In this document: positions 17,974 through 26,730 of the stretch, in pieces | Position numbering within the stretch: the stretch's first letter is position 1 | Layout of the letters: each line of letters begins with the position of its first letter | From: Candidatus Aminicenantes bacterium | GTDB lineage: Bacteria > Acidobacteriota > Aminicenantia > UBA2199 | NCBI GenBank assembly: GCA_016934745.1 | Contig: JAFGSF010000062.1 | Span: forward strand, 64,843 to 128,842 | Direction of reading: 5' to 3' | Length of the DNA: 64,000 bases | Program-made: the position numbers and the translations under genes | The notes under the pieces: model-generated | Database searches by the model: none | What the model was told of the DNA's origin: nothing | Seen by the model: the letters and a program-made list of their open reading frames with translations, nothing else

Positions 17974-19834
17974 GAAATTTATCAACCTGGACAAAAAGTT
18001 TGAAAATTTACTTGCTTTTCTGACTATATTCCTACTGGCATTTTTCCCTTTTATGGAAGTGATTGCCCGAACGATTTTTCATACCGGTATAGCCAATTCC
18101 ACCGAGTATACCCATCACCTGGTTCTCATTCTGGCTTTTATCGGCGCCGTCATCACCGCCAGAGAAAATAAACACCTCTCCCTGACTTTAAATTGGAAAT
18201 TGTCTCCTTTATTCCTAAAGCGCGTTCAGGCACTCATCGCATTGATTAATACAACCTTCTGTACGGCCTTTGCCTGGATTTCATTATCTTTTCTTTTAAG
18301 CGCCTTTGCGGCCAATGAAAAAATCGCTTTTTTCCCGTTGCGCTGGATTATCATGGTCATGCCATTGGGATATATGGTCATGGCGTTGCGTTTTATCGCC
18401 CATACTCCCCCCAAGCCATTGGCAAGAATCATAGCAGCGTTAGGATTGATTCTGGGAACATTGCTGGCTCTTGGGGCAATCGCGAATATTTCCCATGTGC
18501 TGCTTCCCCATAGCACTCACTTTCTTGACTCTCTCGTGCCGGTTTATAACCAAATCTCCGCCAATCTGGTTGCACCATTGATTGTTGTTTTGATTGTTTC
18601 TGCAATCTTCGGAGTGCCGATATTCATTGTTTTGGGCGGCATCGGCTATCTTCTTTTCGCCCGCGCGGCCCAACCACTGGAAATTATTGCCAACGAAGCT
18701 TATTCATTGCTGACCAGTCATTCCATACCAGCCATCCCGCTTTTCACATTCACCGGGTTTCTCCTTTCTGAAAGCAAAGCAGGAGAAAGACTGGTCAAGC
18801 TTTTCAAGGCATTATTTTCTTGGTTCCCTGGCGGCTTGGCGATCATGGCCATCTTGGTTTGCACTTTTTTCACCACATTTACCGGAGCATCCGGAGTGAC
18901 CATCCTGGCAGTAGGCGGCTTGCTATCCTATGTTCTGATCAAAGGGAGCTTCAGCTCAAAATTCAGCACCGGCCTGCTCACGGCGACCGGCAGCATCGGC
19001 TTGCTTTTTCCTCCCAGCCTTCCGGTTATTATTTACGGAGTAACGGCGCAAATCAGCATCAAGGACATGTTCATCGGCGGCATTGCTCCCGGTATCATCA
19101 TGGTCTTGACAATGATCGTATTTGGAATTTGGTACGCGTTAAAAAATAAAATAGTGCGCGAACGATTTGTTTTAAAAGAGGCTTTGTCCACCACCAAAAA
19201 TTCATTCTGGGAAATACTTCTCCCGGTGATTGTCGTAACCGGATTTTTCGGCGGCATCACCACCTTGGTGGAAAGCGGCGCGATTGCGGTCATTTATACG
19301 CTCATTGTTGAAGTGTTTATTCACAAGGACTTGAAAATTAGAAATCTCCCCCAAGTATTGCTCAAATGCATGCCGATTATTGGCGGCGTTTTGGCTATCC
19401 TGGCCATGGCCAAGGGCCTTTCTTATTTTATCATTGATGCCGAAATACCCATGCAGTTGACGGCTTGGGTGCAAATGCATATTGGTTCCAAGTATGTTTT
19501 CCTTTTGCTGCTGAATATTGCCCTGCTGATCACGGGTTGTTTTATGGATATTTTTTCAGCCATTTTAGTGGTCGTTCCCTTGATTATTCCACTGGGGAAT
19601 CTCTTTGGCATTCATCCCGTGCATTTGGGGATCATTTTTCTGGTCAATATGGAATTGGGATACCTAACCCCCCCGGTTGGTCTGAACCTCTTTCTGGCTT
19701 CCTACCGCTTCAACGAACCCATGGGGAAATTGTACAAGGATGTTTTTCCTTTCCTCATTATCCAGCTGATAGCCGTCTTGCTGATTACATATGTTCCCTT
19801 TCTTTCTACGGGATTACTGACTTTGTTTAAATAA
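17963..19834 (+). CDS. TRAP transporter fused small/large permease (DctQ-DctM fusion)
   Basis: 623 aa polytopic protein. The N-terminal ~170 aa is DctQ-like and the remainder DctM-like. It overlaps the binding-protein gene. Confidence 0.85.
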   Translation: MFSKKFINLDKKFENLLAFLTIFLLAFFPFMEVIARTIFHTGIANSTEYTHHLVLILAFIGAVITARENKHLSLTLNWKLSPLFLKRVQALIALINTTFCTAFAWISLSFLLSAFAANEKIAFFPLRWIIMVMPLGYMVMALRFIAHTPPKPLARIIAALGLILGTLLALGAIANISHVLLPHSTHFLDSLVPVYNQISANLVAPLIVVLIVSAIFGVPIFIVLGGIGYLLFARAAQPLEIIANEAYSLLTSHSIPAIPLFTFTGFLLSESKAGERLVKLFKALFSWFPGGLAIMAILVCTFFTTFTGASGVTILAVGGLLSYVLIKGSFSSKFSTGLLTATGSIGLLFPPSLPVIIYGVTAQISIKDMFIGGIAPGIIMVLTMIVFGIWYALKNKIVRERFVLKEALSTTKNSFWEILLPVIVVTGFFGGITTLVESGAIAVIYTLIVEVFIHKDLKIRNLPQVLLKCMPIIGGVLAILAMAKGLSYFIIDAEIPMQLTAWVQMHIGSKYVFLLLLNIALLITGCFMDIFSAILVVVPLIIPLGNLFGIHPVHLGIIFLVNMELGYLTPPVGLNLFLASYRFNEPMGKLYKDVFPFLIIQLIAVLLITYVPFLSTGLLTLFK

Positions 19835-19874
19835 GTTTACAAAAAACCGAACATCAAGGCCGGCAAACTAGTGA

Positions 19875-21230
19875 TTACGAGTCGAATTCAAGTGAGTTGC
19901 CAATCAAAATAGATATGACTTTGTTTTTACTTGGGAAAAGATGTTTGACTATATCCACACCCTCACGTTGGATGACAAAAAGGCCATCCACACTATCGAT
20001 TTTGACAAAAGGGATTTTTTTCTCGGAAATTCCCATCCGGATTTTTGGATAATTGATTCTGATACTGCCCAAACTGCTGCCAATGCCGATGCCCCTCTTG
20101 GTTTTGAAATTTTCACTGATTATCGAGATTCCCCAAACCCGGTTATTATTTTCATAAACAAAAAACAAAGGTTCGTTGCTTTGATCGAGCACTTTATAGA
20201 CATCATGATAAATGTCTTTGACAAGTACTTTGCGCTTTAAAATAATATATGAAGAAAGCAACATATTTTCCAGCCGGGCCGTGGTCATGCCCAGCTTGAT
20301 TTTCCCAACGCTTTTGCCTGAAATCAACACATCATCGTCAATCGGGTTCCCGAAATTATTTTGAACCCTGATTTGAACCTTGAATACGCTGTCCTCCGGC
20401 TTTGGCGGCAGTGTGATGATCTCTAAGCCTGCCTTCTCTAATTCCAAAGTAAATTGTTCCAGATCACTATCCCGGAATGATTCCAGCACACGATTCACGG
20501 TTTTAATGATTCCCCTTTGGGGGAGGATCACCGTCACTTCTTCGGAAAGCGAATTTTGATCTTCCATGATCTCTTCAACGGTGATTTTAAAACCGCGAAA
20601 AGTTCCCTTGCTTACCAAGGTGACCACGTTACCGCGCCGAGTCGTTTTTCTATCTACGGAAATCTGCAATCGCTTCTTCAGAGCATCCACCATGGCTGCT
20701 AATTCCGGGTCAAGTTCCACCGAAACAACCGGTCCATTCGCCTTCACAACCAAAGGGGCCTGGCCGGCAAATTCATCGTCCGTTAAAAATAACTCGGGCT
20801 GGAGAGGCGGCCGAACCAATTTATTTTTCAACACATCCCCCGTATTCGTTCCTGCGGGTTCGGTTGTTTCTTCAAACTGTTCATCAGCAACCGGCTTCAA
20901 CATTTTATTTTTGTGTCGCCCTTGCATGATCAGCCAGACAAAGATCACTAAAAAAGTCAGAATGATCGAAAGGGAAATCCAGATTATTTGAGACTGGGAC
21001 AGCTTTTTAAGCCAGCCCGCCGGTGACAGCGCAAACCTGGGTTTTCCCGCTGACAGGCGAACGTCATCAGCCTCTGCACCTGGACTGTTTGCCCGATCTT
21101 GTTTACCAACCGTAGCAAGCGCCGGGAGCAATTTAGTCTGGTTCGGGTTGTAGGCTGCATCGGAATGCATTCCCTCATGATCACCCGGTTCAGGAACTGA
21201 GCCGGATTCAGGCGATTTGGTTTCAGTCAT
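19875..21230 (-). CDS. hypothetical single-pass membrane protein (disordered cytoplasmic N-terminus, ~330 aa periplasmic domain)
   Basis: The start is set at ATG 21230 (MTETKSPESG...) with GGAG 6 nt upstream. The track's TTG start at 21275 is itself the -35 hexamer of the promoter. One TM helix (IIWISLSIILTFLVIFVWLIM). No recognisable family. Confidence 0.6.
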   Translation of the reverse strand: MTETKSPESGSVPEPGDHEGMHSDAAYNPNQTKLLPALATVGKQDRANSPGAEADDVRLSAGKPRFALSPAGWLKKLSQSQIIWISLSIILTFLVIFVWLIMQGRHKNKMLKPVADEQFEETTEPAGTNTGDVLKNKLVRPPLQPELFLTDDEFAGQAPLVVKANGPVVSVELDPELAAMVDALKKRLQISVDRKTTRRGNVVTLVSKGTFRGFKITVEEIMEDQNSLSEEVTVILPQRGIIKTVNRVLESFRDSDLEQFTLELEKAGLEIITLPPKPEDSVFKVQIRVQNNFGNPIDDDVLISGKSVGKIKLGMTTARLENMLLSSYIILKRKVLVKDIYHDVYKVLDQSNEPLFFVYENNNRVWGISIISENFKTKRGIGIGSSLGSIRINYPKIRMGISEKKIPFVKIDSVDGLFVIQREGVDIVKHLFPSKNKVISILIGNSLEFDS

Positions 21231-21246
21231 GATAAACTCCAAGACT

Positions 21247-21275
21247 AAAATAAACCACAGCTTTTTTTTTGTCAA
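21247..21275 (-). promoter_or_regulatory. sigma70-type promoter TTGACA-17nt-TATTTT with an A9 tract spanning the -35/spacer
   Basis: The minus strand reads TTGACAAAAAAAAAGCTGTGGTTTATTTT, followed by a 16-nt leader containing GGAG and ATG 21230. Confidence 0.5.
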
Positions 21276-21315
21276 CCGAACTCAAAGAAAAAACTGGCTG
21301 TTTCGGCCTGAAAAA

Positions 21316-22326
21316 TTAACTCTGCCAAATTCCCGCTATGGGCTGACCGCAAAATTGACAGTTTCCCGCTTGCAAAGCCAATATTTCGCTGTGGTACCCC
21401 TGACGGCGAATTAATTTTCCCTTGCAATTCGGGCAATGGGTATCGTTCCAACTATCAATCGCCATATTGCCGCCATAAAGATATTTTAAACCCATTTCAG
21501 AGCCCAGGTCCAGGAATCCATGAATGGATTCTGTGGCCGTTGCCGGAATATGCTGCATTTGATATTGCGGAAAATAACGCGACACATGCCAAGGCAATTG
21601 ATCATCAAGTCCAAGTAAAAATTCGATTAACCGTTTTATTTCTTCGCGATCGTCATTTAATCCCGGGATCAGCAGCGTTGTAATTTCAAGCCAAATAGCC
21701 CCTGCCTGTATCGCAGCAATTGTTTCCAGAACAGGCTGCAAGCGAGCGCGACAATACTTTTTATAAAATTTTTCACTGAAGGCTTTCAAATCAATGTTGG
21801 CGGCATCGATGAATGGCTCCAATTGGGACAACGCCCATCGGCTCATATAACCGTTACTGACCATGATGTTTTTTATCCCATGCTGGTGCGCCAAGCGGGC
21901 GGTTTCCAGCATCAGTTCAAAAAAAACAGTGGGTTCGGTGTATGTGTATGAAATCGAACTGGCTCGATTTTGCAAAGCAAATTGCACCAACTGCTCAGGA
22001 GAAACAGACTCTCCCGAGATTTCCTGTTCATTGGTGACCATGGATATCGAATAGTTCTGGCAAAAGCGGCAGGAAAAATTGCAACCCATAGCGGCAATGG
22101 AAAAAGTGGTTGCCCCGGGCAAGAAATGATACAAGGGTTTTTTTTCAATTGGATCCAAGTGCATCGCGACAACGTGGTCAGAATTTAAAGAATAAAGTAC
22201 ACCGGCGACATTCTTTCTAACCCGACAAATTCCCGTGGACCCTTCAGGCAATCGACACTGATGGGCGCAAAGCCGGCAAATCACCTGGTTCTGGACATCC
22301 GTTTCGTACAGGTCAGCCTTGATCAT
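21316..22326 (-). CDS. AmmeMemoRadiSam-system-type radical SAM enzyme (PFL-activase-like)
   Basis: 336 aa with an N-terminal Cys-rich CRLCAHQCRLPEGSTGICRVRKN, DPIEKKPLYHF, the radical SAM cluster CNFSCRFCQN and a C-terminal CPNC...CQFC. Confidence 0.8.
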   Translation of the reverse strand: MIKADLYETDVQNQVICRLCAHQCRLPEGSTGICRVRKNVAGVLYSLNSDHVVAMHLDPIEKKPLYHFLPGATTFSIAAMGCNFSCRFCQNYSISMVTNEQEISGESVSPEQLVQFALQNRASSISYTYTEPTVFFELMLETARLAHQHGIKNIMVSNGYMSRWALSQLEPFIDAANIDLKAFSEKFYKKYCRARLQPVLETIAAIQAGAIWLEITTLLIPGLNDDREEIKRLIEFLLGLDDQLPWHVSRYFPQYQMQHIPATATESIHGFLDLGSEMGLKYLYGGNMAIDSWNDTHCPNCKGKLIRRQGYHSEILALQAGNCQFCGQPIAGIWQS

Positions 22327-22388
22327 TCCGGCTCCGTTTGCAATTATAATCCCTCAGGGCCGATGATAACCACGATCTGTCCGCCATC

Positions 22389-23315
22389 TTACTCAAATTG
22401 AGCAAGGTGCTCCTCGCAACTTAGGGCAGCCTGCACTCCCATACCTACCGAAATTGCGACTTGGCGGTGATTCCCCTTAATTACTTCTCCCGCCACGAAT
22501 AATCCTTTTGTTCGGGTGGATAAAGAAATGTCGGTTTTCGCATAGCCGTTTTCATCAAGGTCGACATAATCCTTAATCAGTTCACTGTTGGGAATTGTGC
22601 CGATCGCTAAAAAAGCTCCATCAAAAGCAATGGTTTCGACCACAGCCGTTTTTTTATTTTTTAATTCAATCCCTGACAATTTCTGCTCTCCTTCAAAAGC
22701 GAGAATTTCCATGTCCCACAGTAATTTAATTTTGGTATTGGCAAAAACCCTTTCCTGAAGTATTTTTTCCGCCCGCAATTGGTCACGACGATGAATGACA
22801 TAGACAGTAGAGGCAAACTTTGCCAGATGCAGGGCCTCGACCAATGCGGTATCACCTCCACCCAGAACAGCAACCTTGCGATTAAGAAAAAAGGGCGCAT
22901 CACACGTAGCGCAAACCGAGACACCGCGACCCAACAACTCTTTTTCTCCTTTCACATTTAAAAAGCGGTGTTTGGATCCGGCCGCATAAATCAATGCATT
23001 AGCCGTATAAAAATTGTTGTACACATCAACCCGCCACCGATTATTTTCAGATTTAATCAAGGTGACTTCATCGTTTTCCAATGTGACCCCGAAACGTGCG
23101 GATTGCTTTAACATTTGATCCATCAGATCAGCCGGAACGATGGGATCGGCAAAACCAGGATAATTCTCAATAATATCCGCATTGATGATTTGTCCGCCGA
23201 AAACCTGTTTTTCAAGGACCAGCGTTTTTCGCAGAGATCGTCCGCAATATATCGCCGCTGCCAAACCGGCCGGTCCGCCGCCGATAATGATGATATCCCA
23301 GTTTTTTTCCATCAT
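22389..23315 (-). CDS. trxB: thioredoxin-disulfide reductase
   Basis: 308 aa with GGGPAG, the redox CATC, and GGGDTA in the NADPH domain. Confidence 0.9.
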   Translation of the reverse strand: MMEKNWDIIIIGGGPAGLAAAIYCGRSLRKTLVLEKQVFGGQIINADIIENYPGFADPIVPADLMDQMLKQSARFGVTLENDEVTLIKSENNRWRVDVYNNFYTANALIYAAGSKHRFLNVKGEKELLGRGVSVCATCDAPFFLNRKVAVLGGGDTALVEALHLAKFASTVYVIHRRDQLRAEKILQERVFANTKIKLLWDMEILAFEGEQKLSGIELKNKKTAVVETIAFDGAFLAIGTIPNSELIKDYVDLDENGYAKTDISLSTRTKGLFVAGEVIKGNHRQVAISVGMGVQAALSCEEHLAQFE

Positions 23316-23632
23316 TGCATTTCACTCAGGGTTTTTTCAATTTGACTCGGGTTAACCGCACCAATAATTTGTGTTTTCACTAAACCGTTTTTTATAAATA
23401 AAAGAGTCGGAAGGGTGCGAACAAAAAAACGTGAAGATGTCAAGGGGTTTTCATTCACGTTGACTTTGAGCACAGTCACACTTTCGTGATGATTGGCAGC
23501 AATCTTTTCCAGGCCTGGCTCCATAAGTTTGCAAGGCATGCATGTAGGGGCCCAAAAGTCAACAATAATCGTCTTGGTGCTATGCATCAAACTGTCAAAG
23601 TTTCCGTCGTTGGCAGAATTAATCTCAGCCAT
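23312..23632 (-). CDS. trxA: thioredoxin with atypical active site T-C-M-P-C
   Basis: 106 aa thioredoxin fold (DFWAPTCMPCK...VNVNENP...LPTLLFIKNG). ATGA overlap with trxB and an 8-nt overlap with glgA. Confidence 0.85.
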   Translation of the reverse strand: MAEINSANDGNFDSLMHSTKTIIVDFWAPTCMPCKLMEPGLEKIAANHHESVTVLKVNVNENPLTSSRFFVRTLPTLLFIKNGLVKTQIIGAVNPSQIEKTLSEMQ

Positions 23633-25082
23633 GGTTTCTATCCTCCCGCATAATTTTATTATAAATGCTTATATACTCTGGAACCACCATTTCCCATGCA
23701 AAATTTCGCAACATGCCATTTTCCTGAATTTGCCGCCAAACCTGTGGGTTTTGATACATTGCCAGAACCTTCTTTATTAATAACATAATTTCTGAAATGC
23801 TGTCACCTGAAAACTTAAAACCAGTGCCATGCCCGGTATGCGGGTCAAATTCACTTACAGAATCTTCCAACCCTCCGGTCGCTCGAACAATCGGCACGGT
23901 ACCATATTTCATGCTGTAAATCTGATTCAGTCCACAAGGTTCATAAATTGAGGGCATGAAGAATATATCCGCAGCTGCTTCCATCCGATGGGCCATCCTC
24001 TCATCAAAAAAGTTTAAAAAAGTTGAGCGGTTGGGAAATTGATCGGCCATGGCCTGTAATTTCTGGGTTAAATGAGCTTCTCCCTCGCCCAGAATAATAA
24101 CATGTAAATTTTCTTTTAGGAGAATCGGAAAAATATTCAGCAGCAGGTCTATTCCCTTCTGCTTAGCGATACGTGAAATCACTACCAACAATGGCCAGTT
24201 GCAATCTGTCGAGATATTAAGTTCTGCATACAAAGCTTCCTTGTTTTTTCTTTTTTCAGCCAGCGTTACCCGGGAATAGGGATAATCAATAAAAGAATCA
24301 TTTTCTGGCGCCCATTGACTATAATCGACTCCATTCAGAATTCCACTTAGTTTAAATGAAAACTTGTTAAGCAAGCCATCCAAACCGAATCCTTTTTCTG
24401 GCGAAAGGATTTCCCTGGCATAGGTGGGACTGACCGTGAGCAACCAATCTGAAAAAATAATCCCGGCTTTCATAAAATTGATATTTCCATAAAATTCAAG
24501 GTAGTCGGAGGAAAAAAGATAGTCTTCAAAGCCAGTTTCACTGAATAAATTCCCGGGAAAAATCCCCTGATATCCAAGATTATGTATCGAAAAAACAATC
24601 TTGGTCTTCAATAAAAGTGAAGGGCTGGGGGGCGATTTGATTAAAAGCGGGATCAATGCGGTCTGCCAGTCATGGCAATGAACAATATCAAAAAATATTT
24701 CCTGGCGGCGAATAAATTCCACAATTGCTTTTTGAAAAAACAAAAAGCGGTAAAAAGTATCGGAGTATTCGCCATGAGCATCCCCATAAAGATATTTTCT
24801 TGCAAAAAAATATTCCTGGGTAATAAAATATACACTCAAGCGTGGAGTGAGATTTGCTTTTTTTATTTCGGCCGGGAAAGATCGGGACCCGATTGGGATG
24901 GGAAAAAAATCCACCGTTTCCAGCGTAAGACTGCGAATTTTTTCTGTCAGATATTCCGGAATCATTAAAGACACATTTGATTTTTCAGCCAGGAATTGCG
25001 GAAGAATTCCCGCCACATCGGCTAGTCCCCCGGTTTTTGCAAATGGCACAGCTTCTGAAGCTATAAAAAGAATTTCCAACAA
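23625..25082 (-). CDS. glgA: glycogen synthase (ADP-glucose type, GT5)
   Basis: 485 aa with ILFIASEAVPFAKTGGLADV at the N-terminus. TTG starts at 25082 and 25079. Confidence 0.9.
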   Translation of the reverse strand: MLEILFIASEAVPFAKTGGLADVAGILPQFLAEKSNVSLMIPEYLTEKIRSLTLETVDFFPIPIGSRSFPAEIKKANLTPRLSVYFITQEYFFARKYLYGDAHGEYSDTFYRFLFFQKAIVEFIRRQEIFFDIVHCHDWQTALIPLLIKSPPSPSLLLKTKIVFSIHNLGYQGIFPGNLFSETGFEDYLFSSDYLEFYGNINFMKAGIIFSDWLLTVSPTYAREILSPEKGFGLDGLLNKFSFKLSGILNGVDYSQWAPENDSFIDYPYSRVTLAEKRKNKEALYAELNISTDCNWPLLVVISRIAKQKGIDLLLNIFPILLKENLHVIILGEGEAHLTQKLQAMADQFPNRSTFLNFFDERMAHRMEAAADIFFMPSIYEPCGLNQIYSMKYGTVPIVRATGGLEDSVSEFDPHTGHGTGFKFSGDSISEIMLLIKKVLAMYQNPQVWRQIQENGMLRNFAWEMVVPEYISIYNKIMREDRNHG

Positions 25083-25116
25083 TTTCCCCTAGAAATTTAG
25101 TTTCATGTCGTTGGCT

Positions 25117-25144
25117 ATTTTACCTTAAAAACACTAAATGTCAA
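25117..25144 (-). promoter_or_regulatory. sigma70-type promoter TTGACA-16nt-TAAAAT for the glgA-trxA-trxB operon
   Basis: Read on the minus strand. Followed by a ~34-nt leader with AGGGGAAA before the TTG start. Confidence 0.45.
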
Positions 25145-25189
25145 CACAATTCATTATAAAAACACAAAATATGGGGGAAGACAAATAAT

Positions 25190-26620
25190 TTATTTCTTTT
25201 TTTTAAACACTGAAAAAACGGATTGTTTTTTGTTATCGGGCGATAATTCGGCAATTTTTTTTAATGCGACTTCATGATCCGGGTCAATCGCCAAGGCTTT
25301 TCTAAAAAAACTTCCCGCTCTTTTGTCCAATTTTTCAGCCAAGAATAATAATCCCAGCGCGACTAAAGGTTCCGCATTCCATGGTTCCATTTCGACAACT
25401 TTCTGAAGGTTTTTTTCGGCAACTCTCCGTAAAGCCGGAATATTGGACTGGCTTAAACCCAACAAGAGGAAATACTGCGATTTGCTCTTATCATTTCTTA
25501 CGGCTTCCTCTAAAAGACTGGCCGCTTCCAGGAATCTTTTCTGAGCATACGAGGATTTGGCTTTTCGATAAAACAGATTGGCTTTTTCAACTAGATTCTC
25601 AGTGACCTTGTCCACTTTCTGGATTTCTTTATAACCCTTGGTGTCATATTCACGACGCTTTTCTTCACTGCTTAAAACTTCAAAAGCCTTATTAATACGT
25701 GAGAAAACAAGATTGGCTTTATCCTTCAGCTCGGGGTCCGGCGCATCGCCAAAACGATCTGGGTGATATTTTTTCGCATATTGATAATAGGCATCCTTGA
25801 TTTCATTGAAAGCCACCGAGTTATTTAAATTGAACAATTCATAATAATCAATCTCTTTGGTTTTCAATTTTTCATAAAGTGCGATCAATTCATCATAGCT
25901 TTGGCTTGTTTCCTTGTCGATGGAGGTTTGGCCAAATTCCACTATATTGAGCAAAAAAAACAACATGAGCTTTTGCCAATAAATTTCATCGCCAACATTC
26001 ATCTTGGCAGCAATTTGCCCGGCCGGCGCAGGAGAATGGCTTGCCAATTCCAAGTAAAAATCAATTTCGCTGGAGCTCATCAAATTTTTAAAATCATCGG
26101 ACATGGATTTGGTCAACAAAGAACGAGTGGAAAAATTGTTTTTGAATAAAGCCAGATTTTTAAATCTTTTCACGCCCTCGGGAAAAATAGCCGGCAACTC
26201 GATCTGAAACATGGAACTTTCTGAAATATCGGGGATCATGGAAGTAAATTCCCATTCGCCACTGGTCAATGAAAATGTTGAAATAGCGATGAGCCTTACC
26301 TGATAGATCAATCCAAAATGTAAATCCTTTTGAGTAAGAAAATTATTTGCAACTAGAATACTACCAATTTTTGCTTTTTTGCCGGAAAGCAATTTTTGGA
26401 TGTCCCAAAATTGAGTTTGATTGATTTTTCCTATTTTAAAAAGTATTTCACCCAATCGTTCATGAAGGACGTTGGTTTTGGCAAAACAAAGGGTGCCCGA
26501 GGCAAAATACAAGCTCTTCTCGAAGTTTTCTCCTTTCAATCTGAGTTCACCACTGCTTTTCTCGATAAATATTTTCCTCAACACGAAGGGGACTGGAGAT
26601 TCAATTATATGTTTTCCCAT
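25190..26620 (-). CDS. DnaJ (J-domain) protein with an N-terminal DUF4388-like domain and C-terminal TPR repeats
   Basis: J-domain DYYELFNL...YAKKYHPDRF. The N-terminus (LRKIFIEKSSGELRLKGENFEKSLYFASGTLCFAKT) is DUF4388-like and the C-terminus is TPR-like. The start is set at ATG 26620 (AGGA 5 nt upstream) rather than the track's TTG 26638. Confidence 0.75.
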   Translation of the reverse strand: MGKHIIESPVPFVLRKIFIEKSSGELRLKGENFEKSLYFASGTLCFAKTNVLHERLGEILFKIGKINQTQFWDIQKLLSGKKAKIGSILVANNFLTQKDLHFGLIYQVRLIAISTFSLTSGEWEFTSMIPDISESSMFQIELPAIFPEGVKRFKNLALFKNNFSTRSLLTKSMSDDFKNLMSSSEIDFYLELASHSPAPAGQIAAKMNVGDEIYWQKLMLFFLLNIVEFGQTSIDKETSQSYDELIALYEKLKTKEIDYYELFNLNNSVAFNEIKDAYYQYAKKYHPDRFGDAPDPELKDKANLVFSRINKAFEVLSSEEKRREYDTKGYKEIQKVDKVTENLVEKANLFYRKAKSSYAQKRFLEAASLLEEAVRNDKSKSQYFLLLGLSQSNIPALRRVAEKNLQKVVEMEPWNAEPLVALGLLFLAEKLDKRAGSFFRKALAIDPDHEVALKKIAELSPDNKKQSVFSVFKKKK

Positions 26621-26652
26621 GGATATCCTATTTCTCAAATCAGCTGGAATGA

Positions 26653-26681
26653 TTTTTACACTATTTGACTTTTATTGTCAA
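26653..26681 (-). promoter_or_regulatory. sigma70-type promoter TTGACA-17nt-TAAAAA
   Basis: Read on the minus strand upstream of the DnaJ-domain gene. Confidence 0.4.
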
Positions 26682-26730
26682 CAACAACAACTTTCATGGA
26701 GCAGATGACGGCAAGAGATTTTCATGCAAA

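Noticed and set aside
21231-21275. 15-codon N-terminal extension (TTG start) of the hypothetical membrane protein
   Set aside because: The TTG is the first half of a TTGACA -35 box whose -10 (TATTTT) and GGAG SD all lie inside the supposed extension. ATG 21230 is the better start.
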